Positions 27,947 through 36,978 of a stretch of 64,000 nt of DNA are shown here, piece by piece. The translations under genes and the position numbers were made by a program. The stretch is from Acidobacteriota bacterium (GTDB taxonomy: Bacteria; Acidobacteriota; Thermoanaerobaculia; Gp7-AA8), in contig JAFATB010000014.1 in NCBI GenBank assembly GCA_019244185.1, positions 608,001 to 672,000 of the forward strand, in the 5' to 3' direction. How positions within the stretch are numbered: position 1 is the first letter of the stretch; each line of letters starts with the position of its first letter. Below the pieces are notes generated by a model that saw nothing but the letters and a program-made list of their open reading frames with translations, had not been told where the DNA came from and ran no database searches.

Positions 27947-28456
27947 ATGGAACCGTTCATCGCGGAGATCCGCATCATGCCGTATTCGTTCGCGCCGGAT
28001 GGCTGGGCGATGTGCGAGGGGCAGTTGCTGCGCATCGCACAGCACAACGCGCTCTTCAGCATCATCGGCATGCAGTTCGGCGGTGACGGCCGCGACACGT
28101 TCGGCTTGCCCGACCTGCGCGGCGCCGTCCCGATCGGCCGCGGAGCGGCACCGGGGCTCACGAACCGCAACCTCGGCGAGAAGGGCGGCGCCGCCACCGT
28201 CACGCTGACCGAGCGCGAGATGCCGGCGCATACGCACACGCTGCTCCTCTCGTCGAGCGCGCCCAACTCGCTCCGCCCCGGCGGGAAGGTGCCGGGCGCG
28301 GCGAAGCTGTATGCGCCTCTCACGAATCCGGTCGCGGTCGCGGAACAAGTCATCGGCGTCGCCGGCCAGGGCATGCCGCACAACAACATGCAGCCGTATC
28401 TCTCCCTGAATTACTGCATTGCGTTGCGCGGCGTCTTCCCGATGCGCCCGCGCTGA
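27947..28456 (+). CDS. Phage tail-collar domain protein, subtype C'
   Basis: AEIRIMPYSFAPDGW...GRGAAPGLT, AHTH, HNNMQPYL. Confidence 0.9.
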   Translation: MEPFIAEIRIMPYSFAPDGWAMCEGQLLRIAQHNALFSIIGMQFGGDGRDTFGLPDLRGAVPIGRGAAPGLTNRNLGEKGGAATVTLTEREMPAHTHTLLLSSSAPNSLRPGGKVPGAAKLYAPLTNPVAVAEQVIGVAGQGMPHNNMQPYLSLNYCIALRGVFPMRPR

Positions 28457-28515
28457 GCCGCGTCTGCTGAAACTGATGTAAACGCGGCGATGTGCTGCGC
28501 TGTCCAAAGCGCATC

Positions 28516-30349
28516 ATGCGAGTTCTCGCGCTTCTCGCCGCCGTCGCCGTGACGGCTCCCGCCGCGGCGCCTGTCACCACAGCCGATTGCCCGCGTGCCG
28601 TGCTCGGCAGCGCGAACGCCGCGTCCGCCGCGCTGATCCACCAGCTCTCCGTCCACGCGGAGAAGGTCGCGCCCACGCCGCCGGGAAAACACCGCGCCGT
28701 CGCGCATCCGTCGAACGCCGCGCTGCCGGTCGCGAACTACATCGACACGTGGATCGCCGCGAAGCAGACCGCGGATCACGTCGTGCCGACCTCGCTCGCC
28801 GGCGACGAGGAGTTCCTCCGCCGCGTCTCGCTCGATCTCACCGGACAGATCCCGACGTCCGCGCAAGTCACCGCGTTCGTCGCCGATCCATCGCCGGCGA
28901 AGCGCGCGCACGAGATCGACGCGCTGCTCGCCTCCGACGCGTTCGTCGACCGCTGGACGATGTGGTTCGGCGATCTCGTGCAGAACGTGCAGGTCTCGAC
29001 GAACGCGCGCGAGTTCTACGTCGGCCGCAACATGTACTACGGATGGATCCGCGACTCGATCCGCGCCGGCAAGCCGTACGACGTCATGGTGCGCGAGCTC
29101 CTCGCCGGCAAGGGCGATTCCTTCGTGACGGGGACGCCGAACTATGTCGTGCGGCAACTGCAGAACAACGGACCTCCGCAGGACACCTACGACAACCTCG
29201 CCGCGCATTCCGCCGAGAAGTTCCTCGGCATCCCGATGCTCTGCATCTCCTGCCACGACGGCACGGGGCATCTCGAGCTCGTGAACTGGTATCTCCGCGG
29301 GAAGAAGCGCTACGACTTCTGGCGCATGGCCGCGTTCTTCGCGCGCGTCACCGCGAAGTCGAGCCCGTACACCGATCCCGCGAATCCGAACGTCAACCTG
29401 CCGCAAGTTCGACGTCGAGGAAAATCCCAACGGCCGCTACCTGCTGAACACCGACTCCGGCAACAAGACGCCGCGCGCGCCCGCCGCCGGAGCGACGACG
29501 AACGTCGTCACGCCGGCGTTCCTCCTCACCGGCGAAGAGCCGCGCGCGGGCGAGCCGTATCGCGACGCGTACGGCCGCATGCTCACGGCCGACCGCCAGT
29601 TCGCGCGCGCGGCGGTGAACTATCTCTGGAAGGAGATGTTCGGACTCGGACTCGTCGAGCCGGTGAACGCGTTCGATCTCACGAAGCTCACCACGCAGCC
29701 GACGCATCCCGAGCTGCTCGAAGCGCTCGCCGGCGACTTCATCGCCAAGAACTACGATCTGCGCGCGCTGCTGCGCACGATCGCGAATTCGAGCACGTAT
29801 CAGCTCTCCGCGAAGTACACGCCGGCGACGTGGCAGGAAGCGTGGGTGCCGGACTACGCGCGGCGTTATCCGCAGCGGTTGCCGGCCGAGGCGCTGCTCG
29901 ATGCGATTGCGACGGCGACGGCGCTGCCGCCGGACATCAACGTGAACGGCGCCGCGACGGTGCATCGCGCGATGCAGCTGCCCGACACGACGGAATCGCG
30001 TCGCACCGCGAACGGGCGCTTTCTCGACGCCTTCGGACGCGGCGATCGCGACGAGAACAAACGCACGAACGACGCGTCGATCTCGCAGGCGCTGTCGATG
30101 CTCAACGATCCGATCGTCACGACGCGCGTGCGCCGCGCGACGAAAGGCTCGACGGTGTCGGCGGTGCTCGCGTCGACGAACGATCCCGGAACGATCGCGG
30201 ACAAGCTGTACCTCGCGACGCTGTCGCGCAATCCGACGGCGAGCGAACGGCAGCTCGCGATCGACTATCTGCGAAGCGGCAACCTCGGCGATCGTGCCGA
30301 GGATCTGCAGTTCGCGCTCATCAACAGCCTCGAGTTTCTCTTCAACTGA
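28516..30349 (+). pseudogene. DUF1549/DUF1553 (PSD1-type) protein split by a +1 frameshift at ~29401 (real lesion or sequencing error)
   Basis: DEEFLRRVSLDLTGQIP and CISCHD in the first frame; after the extra C in AAC CTG C CGC AAG the shifted frame reads RKFDVEENP...AVNYLWKEMFGLGLVEP..PTHPELL...LINSLEFLFN. Confidence 0.8.
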
Positions 30350-30351
30350 TC

Positions 30352-31734
30352 ATGTGCGACCGCGACGGATCGTTCTCTCTCCACGGTGACGGCTTCTCGC
30401 GTCGGCGCTTTATCAAAGTCGCCGGCACCGGCCTCGTCGCCTCGTACTTTGCCGACGTGCTCGAGCCGCGGCTGCTGCTCGCGGATACCACGACCGCGAA
30501 CGTGCATCTGCAGAACAGCGCCAAGAGCTGCATCTTCATCTTCCTTGCGGGCGCACCGAGTCAGACCGACTTGTGGGATCTGAAAGAGGGGAGCTGGACG
30601 CCGGCCGACTTCGCGCCAACGTCGCATGGCGACGTGCGCTGGCCGCAGGGACTCCTCGGCAAGACCAGCGATCATCTCGCGCGCCTCAGCATCATCCGCT
30701 GCTCGCTGGCGTGGGCGGCGGTGCATTCGCTCGGGCAGGCGTGGGCGCAGATCGCGCGCAATCCCGGCGGCGCGACCGGCTCGATCGCGCCGCACATCGG
30801 CGCCGTCGTCTCGCTCGAGTCGCAAGCCGCGCGCACGCCGAGCGAAGTGCTGCCCGGCTTCATCGCGCTCAACGCCGGCTCGATCCCGACGTCGGGTTAT
30901 CTGCCGGCGAAGTACGCGCCGTTCGGCGTCACGACGGCGTCGACGGGACTCTCCGCGCTGCAGCATCCCGACGGCGCCGCGCGCTTCGCCTCGCGCTGGG
31001 ATTTTCTGCATCGCCTCGACGCCGCGCGCAGCAGCGACTCGCTGGGCAAGCGCGCCAGCGACATGGACGATTTCTACGACGCGGGCAAGCAGCTGATGGA
31101 CACGCCCGCCGTCAACGCGCTGTTCTCGTTCAGCGATGCCGAGCACGCCCGCTACGGCGCGTCCGACTTCGGCGACTCGCTCGTCGTCGCGCGCAACCTC
31201 GTCTCGTCCGGACTCGGCGCGCGCTTCGTGCAGGCCACGCTCGGCGGCTGGGACCATCACTCCGACATCTACGACAACAGCGCCACGAGTTCGCTGTACT
31301 CGCAATGCGCGCAGTTCGATCCCGCGTTCGCCGCGCTGCTCGCCGATCTCTCGTCGATGCCGGGACTCTCCGCCGGCAAGACCATGCTCGACGACACGCT
31401 CATCGTCGTCGTCGGCGAGTTCGGCCGCACCGTCGGACCGCTGAACAATCAGGGCGGACGCGATCACTACCTGCGCAACTCGGTCGTCCTGGCCGGCGGC
31501 GGCACGCGCGGCGGCAAAGTCGTCGGACAGACCGACAGCGTCGGCGACAAGGTGACGGACTACCAGTGGTCCGGCAATCGCGACGTGCGTCCCGAAGACA
31601 TCACGTGCACGATGTACTCCGCGCTCGGCATCGACTACACGAAGGTGCGCACCGACGATCCGCTCGGCCGCGGCTTCGAGTACGTGCCCGGCGCGGGCAT
31701 CGGCGAGTACGTTCCACTCGACGAGCTGTTCTGA
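30352..31734 (+). CDS. DUF1501 family TAT-exported protein
   Basis: SRRRFIK TAT motif; IFIFLAGAPSQTDLWD, GGWDHH, GEFGRT, GGRDH. Confidence 0.88.
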   Translation: MCDRDGSFSLHGDGFSRRRFIKVAGTGLVASYFADVLEPRLLLADTTTANVHLQNSAKSCIFIFLAGAPSQTDLWDLKEGSWTPADFAPTSHGDVRWPQGLLGKTSDHLARLSIIRCSLAWAAVHSLGQAWAQIARNPGGATGSIAPHIGAVVSLESQAARTPSEVLPGFIALNAGSIPTSGYLPAKYAPFGVTTASTGLSALQHPDGAARFASRWDFLHRLDAARSSDSLGKRASDMDDFYDAGKQLMDTPAVNALFSFSDAEHARYGASDFGDSLVVARNLVSSGLGARFVQATLGGWDHHSDIYDNSATSSLYSQCAQFDPAFAALLADLSSMPGLSAGKTMLDDTLIVVVGEFGRTVGPLNNQGGRDHYLRNSVVLAGGGTRGGKVVGQTDSVGDKVTDYQWSGNRDVRPEDITCTMYSALGIDYTKVRTDDPLGRGFEYVPGAGIGEYVPLDELF

Positions 31735-31805
31735 CGTCGAGCTGTTCTGACGCGCGCCTCCGCATCGGTGGCGCCGCGCGCGGCAGCGACGTATGCTCGC
31801 CGCGC

Positions 31806-33080
31806 GTGACCATCGCCGAGTTTCTGCTCGCGCTCATCGCGATCTTCGTGGCCGCGAAAGTCTTCGGGACGCTCGCGGAGCGCGTCGGCCAGCCCGCGGT
31901 GCTCGGCGAGCTCGCGGGCGGCGTGGTGGTCGGCGTCTCCGGCCTGCAGCTCGTCGATCCGCACGACATCACCGTCCGCCTGCTCTCCGAGCTCGGCGTC
32001 GTCCTGCTGCTCTTTCTGATCGGCCTCGAGACGGATCTCAAGAAGCTGATGGAAGTCGGCGGCTCCGCGACCGCGGTCGCGTGCGTCGGCGTCGCATTGC
32101 CGCTCGCCGGCGGCTTCGCGCTCGGCCAGCTCCTCGGCTACCGCGTGATGGTCTCGGTGTTCCTCGGCGCGGCGCTCACCGCGACGTCCGTCGGCATCAC
32201 CGCGCGCGTGCTCTCCGACCTCGGCCATCTCCGCGATCCCGAATCGCAGGTGATCCTCGGCGCCGCCGTCGTCGACGACATCATCGGCCTCGTGCTACTG
32301 ACGCTCGTCGGCACGCTGGCCGAAGGCGGCGAGCTGACGTTCCTCGGCGTCGGCCGCGTGATTCTCGTTGCCTTCGGCTTCGTCATCCTCGCCATCGTGA
32401 TCGGCTCGCAGCTCGCGCCGGCGCTGATCCGCCTCATCGACCGCATCGACGTCGCACGCGGCCTCTTCTTCTCCGCGATCGTCTTCGCGCTGCTGCTCGC
32501 GTATCTCGCGCAACGCGTCGGCTCCGCGATCATCATCGGCTCCTTCGCCGCGGGACTCGTCCTCGCACGCACGCACCGCGGCAAGGACATCGAACGCGAG
32601 GTGCACGACGTCGCGCAGTTCTTCATCCCGATCTTCTTCGTCGTCGTCGGCGCCGCGATCGACCTGCACACCGTCAATCCGTTCGACGCGCGCGCGCGGC
32701 CGTTCCTGCTGATCGGCCTCGGCCTCACAATCGTCGGCGTCGCGGGCAAGATCGCCGCGGGGTTCGTGGTGTGGAAGAAGGAACTGAAGCGCAGCGTGAT
32801 CGGAATCGGGATGATTCCGCGCGGCGAGGTCGGTCTGATCTTCGCCCAGATCGGCCTCACCACGAAGCTGCTCTCGCCCGGTCTCTACAGCGCCGTTGCG
32901 ATCATGGTGATGCTGACGACGTTCATCACGCCGCCGCTCCTGCGACGCCTGCTCGTCGCGGGAACGCCGATGAAGTTCGACGGCGTCTCCGCCGACTACA
33001 TCATGGATGCGCCGATGGATCGCCTCGACGCGGACGACGACGCGACGGATGCGTCAGGCACGGCGTTGCCGCCGGCCTGA
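31806..33080 (+). CDS. Cation:proton antiporter (CPA2 family)
   Basis: GQPAVLGE, LFLIGLE, ATSVGIT, AVVDD, GMIPRGEV; ~12 TM segments. Confidence 0.9.
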   Translation: MTIAEFLLALIAIFVAAKVFGTLAERVGQPAVLGELAGGVVVGVSGLQLVDPHDITVRLLSELGVVLLLFLIGLETDLKKLMEVGGSATAVACVGVALPLAGGFALGQLLGYRVMVSVFLGAALTATSVGITARVLSDLGHLRDPESQVILGAAVVDDIIGLVLLTLVGTLAEGGELTFLGVGRVILVAFGFVILAIVIGSQLAPALIRLIDRIDVARGLFFSAIVFALLLAYLAQRVGSAIIIGSFAAGLVLARTHRGKDIEREVHDVAQFFIPIFFVVVGAAIDLHTVNPFDARARPFLLIGLGLTIVGVAGKIAAGFVVWKKELKRSVIGIGMIPRGEVGLIFAQIGLTTKLLSPGLYSAVAIMVMLTTFITPPLLRRLLVAGTPMKFDGVSADYIMDAPMDRLDADDDATDASGTALPPA

Positions 33081-33097
33081 CGTTTGTCTCCTCCGCG

Positions 33098-33904
33098 CTA
33101 CTGCACGCGACGCCGCGCGTCCTGGAACGCCGGCTCGTCGGTGACGCCGCCGGGGCCGAGCTGCTGCGCGCGCGCTTCCGCGTCGCGGATGCGCGACTCG
33201 GTCGTCGGGTGCGTGGCGAAGAACTGCTCGACGCGACTCGGCTCGCTCTGCTGATGCGCGAGCAGCACGCGGAACATCGCCGCCATGCCGCGCGGGTCGT
33301 ACCCCGCATCGTGCATCAACCGGATCCCGAGCTCGTCCGCCTCCGCCTCCGCCTCGCGGCTGAAACGCGCGATCGCACCGCCCGCGACAATCTGCGCGAC
33401 GATCTGCTGCAACTGTCCCGGGTTCTGCCCGAGGACGAGTCCCGCGAGGATCGAGAGGCCGTACTCGCGCGAGATCTGTTCGGTCGTGTGCCGCGCCGTG
33501 ACGTGGCTCATCTCGTGGCCCATCACGCCCGCGAGCTCCGACGCGTTCTCCGCGGCTTTGATGAGCCCCGTGTTGACGTACACGTGGCCGCCCGGGATCG
33601 CGAAGGCGTTGATGTTGTCGTCCTGCACGACCTGGAACGTCCACGGCAACGTGTTGAACGGCGCCGGCGTGCGCTCGCGCAACCGATTTCCGATCTGCTG
33701 GATGTACGCGTTGACCGCCGGATCGGTGTTGAACCGGACCTGACTCGCGACCTCCTGCGACAGCTGCTGCCCGAGCTGCCATTCCTCATCGATGGAGATG
33801 AGGTTGAAGTCTTTGACGCCGCCACCGCCGCCACTCGATCCGCACTGGACCGAGAACAAGGTGACGAGCGCGACCGCGACGAGAGCTGTGCTGCGTTTCT
33901 TCAT
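33098..33904 (-). CDS. M48 family metalloprotease (lipoprotein)
   Basis: INAFAIPGG, HEMSH zinc motif, EAEAD, FFATHP; signal peptide ending in Cys. Confidence 0.9.
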   Translation of the reverse strand: MKKRSTALVAVALVTLFSVQCGSSGGGGGVKDFNLISIDEEWQLGQQLSQEVASQVRFNTDPAVNAYIQQIGNRLRERTPAPFNTLPWTFQVVQDDNINAFAIPGGHVYVNTGLIKAAENASELAGVMGHEMSHVTARHTTEQISREYGLSILAGLVLGQNPGQLQQIVAQIVAGGAIARFSREAEAEADELGIRLMHDAGYDPRGMAAMFRVLLAHQQSEPSRVEQFFATHPTTESRIRDAEARAQQLGPGGVTDEPAFQDARRRVQ

Positions 33905-33933
33905 GCCGAGGCGACGTGCAAGAGAAACGCCCG

Positions 33934-34086
33934 GGAGCGCCTCCGGCGGGCCGGCGCGGCCGGCTGCGCTAAGGGCCTAGCCAGTACGCACGTGCGGCTG
34001 CCGTCAATGTCGTTTAGGGCAGCCGCACGTGCGAATAGGCTAGGCCCTTAGCGCAGCCGGCCGCGCCGGCCCGCCGGAGGCGCTCC
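33934..34086. repeat. 153-bp near-perfect palindrome (REP/MITE-like)
   Basis: Arms GGAGCGCCTCCGGCGGGCCGGCGCGGCCGGCTGCGCTAAGGGCCTAGCC...CGCACGTGCGGCTGCC and their reverse complement flank a short loop. Confidence 0.9.
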
Positions 34087-34128
34087 TCGTCGGGAAGCCC
34101 CTTACGGCCGCTCTTGTTGCGCGCGGCG

Positions 34129-36141
34129 ATGGTTCGTCGTCTGGTGCTCCTCGTCTTGCTTGCGCTCCCGGTGCTCGCGCAGCAGACGCAGCCGAATGCC
34201 GCGAGTGCGCTTGCGAATGCGGCGAGCCGGTACGTGCGCGACGGGGCGGGGAGTCCGGTTGCGTGGCAGGCGTGGGGACCGGCGGCGTTCGAACGGGCGA
34301 AGCGCGAGAAAAAGCCGCTCTTCGTCTCGATCGGGATCGCGGCGTCGTACGACGTCTATCGCATGCAGCGCGAGGCGTTCACGATCGGGGAGCTCGCGGA
34401 GACGCTGAACACGTATACCGTCCCGGTGCTGCTCGACCGGTTGGAGTATCCCGAGATCGCGGAAGCGCTGGCGACCGTCGCGAAATCGATGCAAGTGGGG
34501 GATGCGCAGGGCAATCGCGGCTGGCCGCTGAACGTGCTGCTCACGCACAACCTCGAGCCGTTCGCGGCGGCGGGCGCGTTGGCGCCGGACGCCCTCGGAC
34601 GCTTTCTCGTCATCAACACCAATCGGTGGACGCATGAACGGGCGGCGGTGGATGCGGAAGCGCACGCGAATGTCGAGAAAGCGCGGGCGCTGGGGGAGAA
34701 GAGGGCGCCGGGCGACGTCGACGCGGCCGTGCTCGACGCGCTCGCACCGGAGCTCGCGAAAGAGACGACGCCACGCGCGATGGCCTTGTCGTTTTTGCTG
34801 CGCAATGCGGATCGGCTGAAGAACGACGCGCAACGTGATTGGGTGGTGGATCGTTTGCGGCGCATCGCGGTTTCGCCGCTGTACGACCAGTTCGGCGGCG
34901 GTTTTCATCGCACGCCGGACGCGTACGAAAAGATGCTCGGCGATCAGGCGCTGATGGCCATGTTGTACACGGATGCGTGGCAGCTCTCGCACGATCCCGA
35001 TCTCGCGCTTGTCGCGCGCGCCACGCTCGACTACGTCGTGCGCGATCTGCATGCGAGGGGCGGCGGCTTCGACGCGTCGCAGGATGCGGGGAGTCTGATT
35101 CCGGGACAAGGTCCCGAACTGCACAACGGCATCTTCTATCTCTGGACCAAAGACGAGATCACGCGGCTCCTCGGGCGCGACGACGCCGCGAAACTCTTCG
35201 CTGCGTTTCACATGAGCGAAAACGCGGGCAACCGTCCGCTGCTCGGCGATCCGACGCATCTGCACGAGCTGCGCGACACGCTCGCGGCGCCCGTCGCGAA
35301 ACTGCTCGACGTGCGGCAGAAACGCCCCGAGCCGTTCCGCGACTTCGACGAGATCGCGAGCCTCAACGGCCTCATGATCTCCGCACTCGCGCGCGGCGGC
35401 GCGGTGTTCAACGAGCCGCGCTATACAAACGCCGCGACCGAAGCGGCGCGGGCGGTCACCTCGAAGCTCTGGCTGGCGCCGCAGGGAAAGCTCTATCGCA
35501 ACGACGCCGCGAGCGCGCCGCACGCCGACGCGCTGACCGAAGACTACGCGCTCCTCGTGCAGGGACTGCTCGACCTCTTCGACGCGAGCTACGATGCGCA
35601 GTGGCTCGAGCGCGCGATCGCGATCCAGCAACGGCAGGATGCGCTCTTCTGGGATGCGAGCTGGGGACGCTACACGACGGGAAGCAGCACGCCGGAGTCG
35701 CTGCGCGGGCTGCACGTCGAGCGCGACGATGACGTGCCGTCCGCGAACGCCGTCTCCGCGCAGAACCTCCTGCGCCTCGCCGCGCTCACCGGCAATGCGA
35801 CGTGGCGCACGCGTCCGGCCACGATCTTCCAGTCGTTCGGCGCGCGCCTGCGCCGCGACGGCGCGTCGCTGCCGCAGCTCGCGAACGCGTATGTCGCGTC
35901 GCTCGTCGCGCCGAAGATCGTGGTGGTCACCGGCGATGCGCGCAAGAAGCCGACGGTCGACCTGCTGCAGTCGCTCGCGGCGCAGTGGGATCCGATGCGC
36001 GCGCTCGTGTTTCTGCCGACCTCGGGGCCCGCGCGCGATCGCATCCTTCGCGATCTCCCGTTCGTGGGCGCGCTCACCGCGGCCAAGGACAACCTGCCAC
36101 TCGCGTACGTCTGCGCGAACGGGCGCTGCGAGAGACAGTAA
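34129..36141 (+). CDS. YyaL/SSP411 (DUF255) family protein with signal peptide; thioredoxin CxxC absent
   Basis: PVAWQAWG..AFERAKRE.KPLFVSIG, GWPLNV, GGGFHR, YEKML.DQA, NGLMISAL, EDYA, PSANAV. Confidence 0.85.
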   Translation: MVRRLVLLVLLALPVLAQQTQPNAASALANAASRYVRDGAGSPVAWQAWGPAAFERAKREKKPLFVSIGIAASYDVYRMQREAFTIGELAETLNTYTVPVLLDRLEYPEIAEALATVAKSMQVGDAQGNRGWPLNVLLTHNLEPFAAAGALAPDALGRFLVINTNRWTHERAAVDAEAHANVEKARALGEKRAPGDVDAAVLDALAPELAKETTPRAMALSFLLRNADRLKNDAQRDWVVDRLRRIAVSPLYDQFGGGFHRTPDAYEKMLGDQALMAMLYTDAWQLSHDPDLALVARATLDYVVRDLHARGGGFDASQDAGSLIPGQGPELHNGIFYLWTKDEITRLLGRDDAAKLFAAFHMSENAGNRPLLGDPTHLHELRDTLAAPVAKLLDVRQKRPEPFRDFDEIASLNGLMISALARGGAVFNEPRYTNAATEAARAVTSKLWLAPQGKLYRNDAASAPHADALTEDYALLVQGLLDLFDASYDAQWLERAIAIQQRQDALFWDASWGRYTTGSSTPESLRGLHVERDDDVPSANAVSAQNLLRLAALTGNATWRTRPATIFQSFGARLRRDGASLPQLANAYVASLVAPKIVVVTGDARKKPTVDLLQSLAAQWDPMRALVFLPTSGPARDRILRDLPFVGALTAAKDNLPLAYVCANGRCERQ

Positions 36142-36152
36142 ACTCTTCGCAC

Positions 36153-36863
36153 ATGCGCCCCGCCAACAGCGTCGTCGCCGTCGTCGATGACGAGGAGAAC
36201 ATCCGCGAGACGGTCGGCTTCGCGCTGCGCCGCGAAGGCTATCCGGTCGAGCTTTACGCGACCGGCCTCGAAGGCTGGCGCGCGTTTCAGCAGAAGCTGC
36301 CCGGCCTCGTCATCCTCGACATCACCATGCCGGAGATGGACGGCCTCGAGCTCTGCCGCCGCATCCGCGCGGTCTCGGAATCGACGCCGATCATCTTCCT
36401 CACCTCGCGCGACGAAGAGCTCGACCGCGTCCTCGGGCTCGAGATCGGCGCCGACGACTACCTCTGCAAACCGTTCTCGATGCGCGAGCTCCTCGCGCGC
36501 GTGAAAGTCCTCTTCCGCCGCGCCGCCATCGACCACGGCGCCACGCGTCCCGCCGCCGACGCGCCCGTGCGCTTGGGGGAGCTCGAGCTCGACCTGCAGC
36601 GTTACGCCGTCCGCTGGAGAGGCACGCCGATCAGCCTCACCGTCACCGAGTTCATGATGCTCCACGCCCTCGTGCGCTACCCCGGCCACGTGAAGACGCG
36701 CAAGCAGCTGCACCAGGACGGCTACCCGCACGACGCGTACGTATCCGACCGCACGATCGACAGCCACATCAAACGTCTGCGCCGCAAGTTCGAGGAAGCC
36801 GACGAGACGTTCGATCGCGTGGAGACGGTGTACGGGCTGGGGTACCGGTGGAGAGACGAATGA
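36153..36863 (+). CDS. OmpR-family response regulator, ChvI-like
   Basis: VVDDE, ILDITMP, GADDY.CKPF, DRTIDSHIKRLRRKF. Confidence 0.9.
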   Translation: MRPANSVVAVVDDEENIRETVGFALRREGYPVELYATGLEGWRAFQQKLPGLVILDITMPEMDGLELCRRIRAVSESTPIIFLTSRDEELDRVLGLEIGADDYLCKPFSMRELLARVKVLFRRAAIDHGATRPAADAPVRLGELELDLQRYAVRWRGTPISLTVTEFMMLHALVRYPGHVKTRKQLHQDGYPHDAYVSDRTIDSHIKRLRRKFEEADETFDRVETVYGLGYRWRDE

Positions 36864-36969
36864 AGAATTTAGAATGCAGAACGCAGAATGAAGAATTGTG
36901 GTGGGCCGCCTTTGGCGGCCGCGTCTCTCGTTTCTGCATTCTGCATTCTGCGTTCTGCATTCTTCATTC
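36858..36969. repeat. Second heptamer-repeat palindromic element
   Basis: GAATGAAGAATTTAGAATGCAGAACGCAGAATGAAGAA...TTCTGCATTCTGCATTCTGCGTTCTGCATTCTTCATTC. Confidence 0.85.
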
Positions 36970-36978
36970 GCTTCATCC

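Noticed and set aside
7552-28456. Prophage, tailocin or eCIS suggested by six tail-collar genes
   Set aside because: No sheath, tube, baseplate, spike, capsid, terminase or integrase genes in the window; composition matches the host
28492-31734. 1080-aa DUF1549-DUF1501 fusion in the ORF track
   Set aside because: The middle part is off-frame Arg-rich sequence; explained by a +1 indel at ~29401 and a separate ATG at 30352
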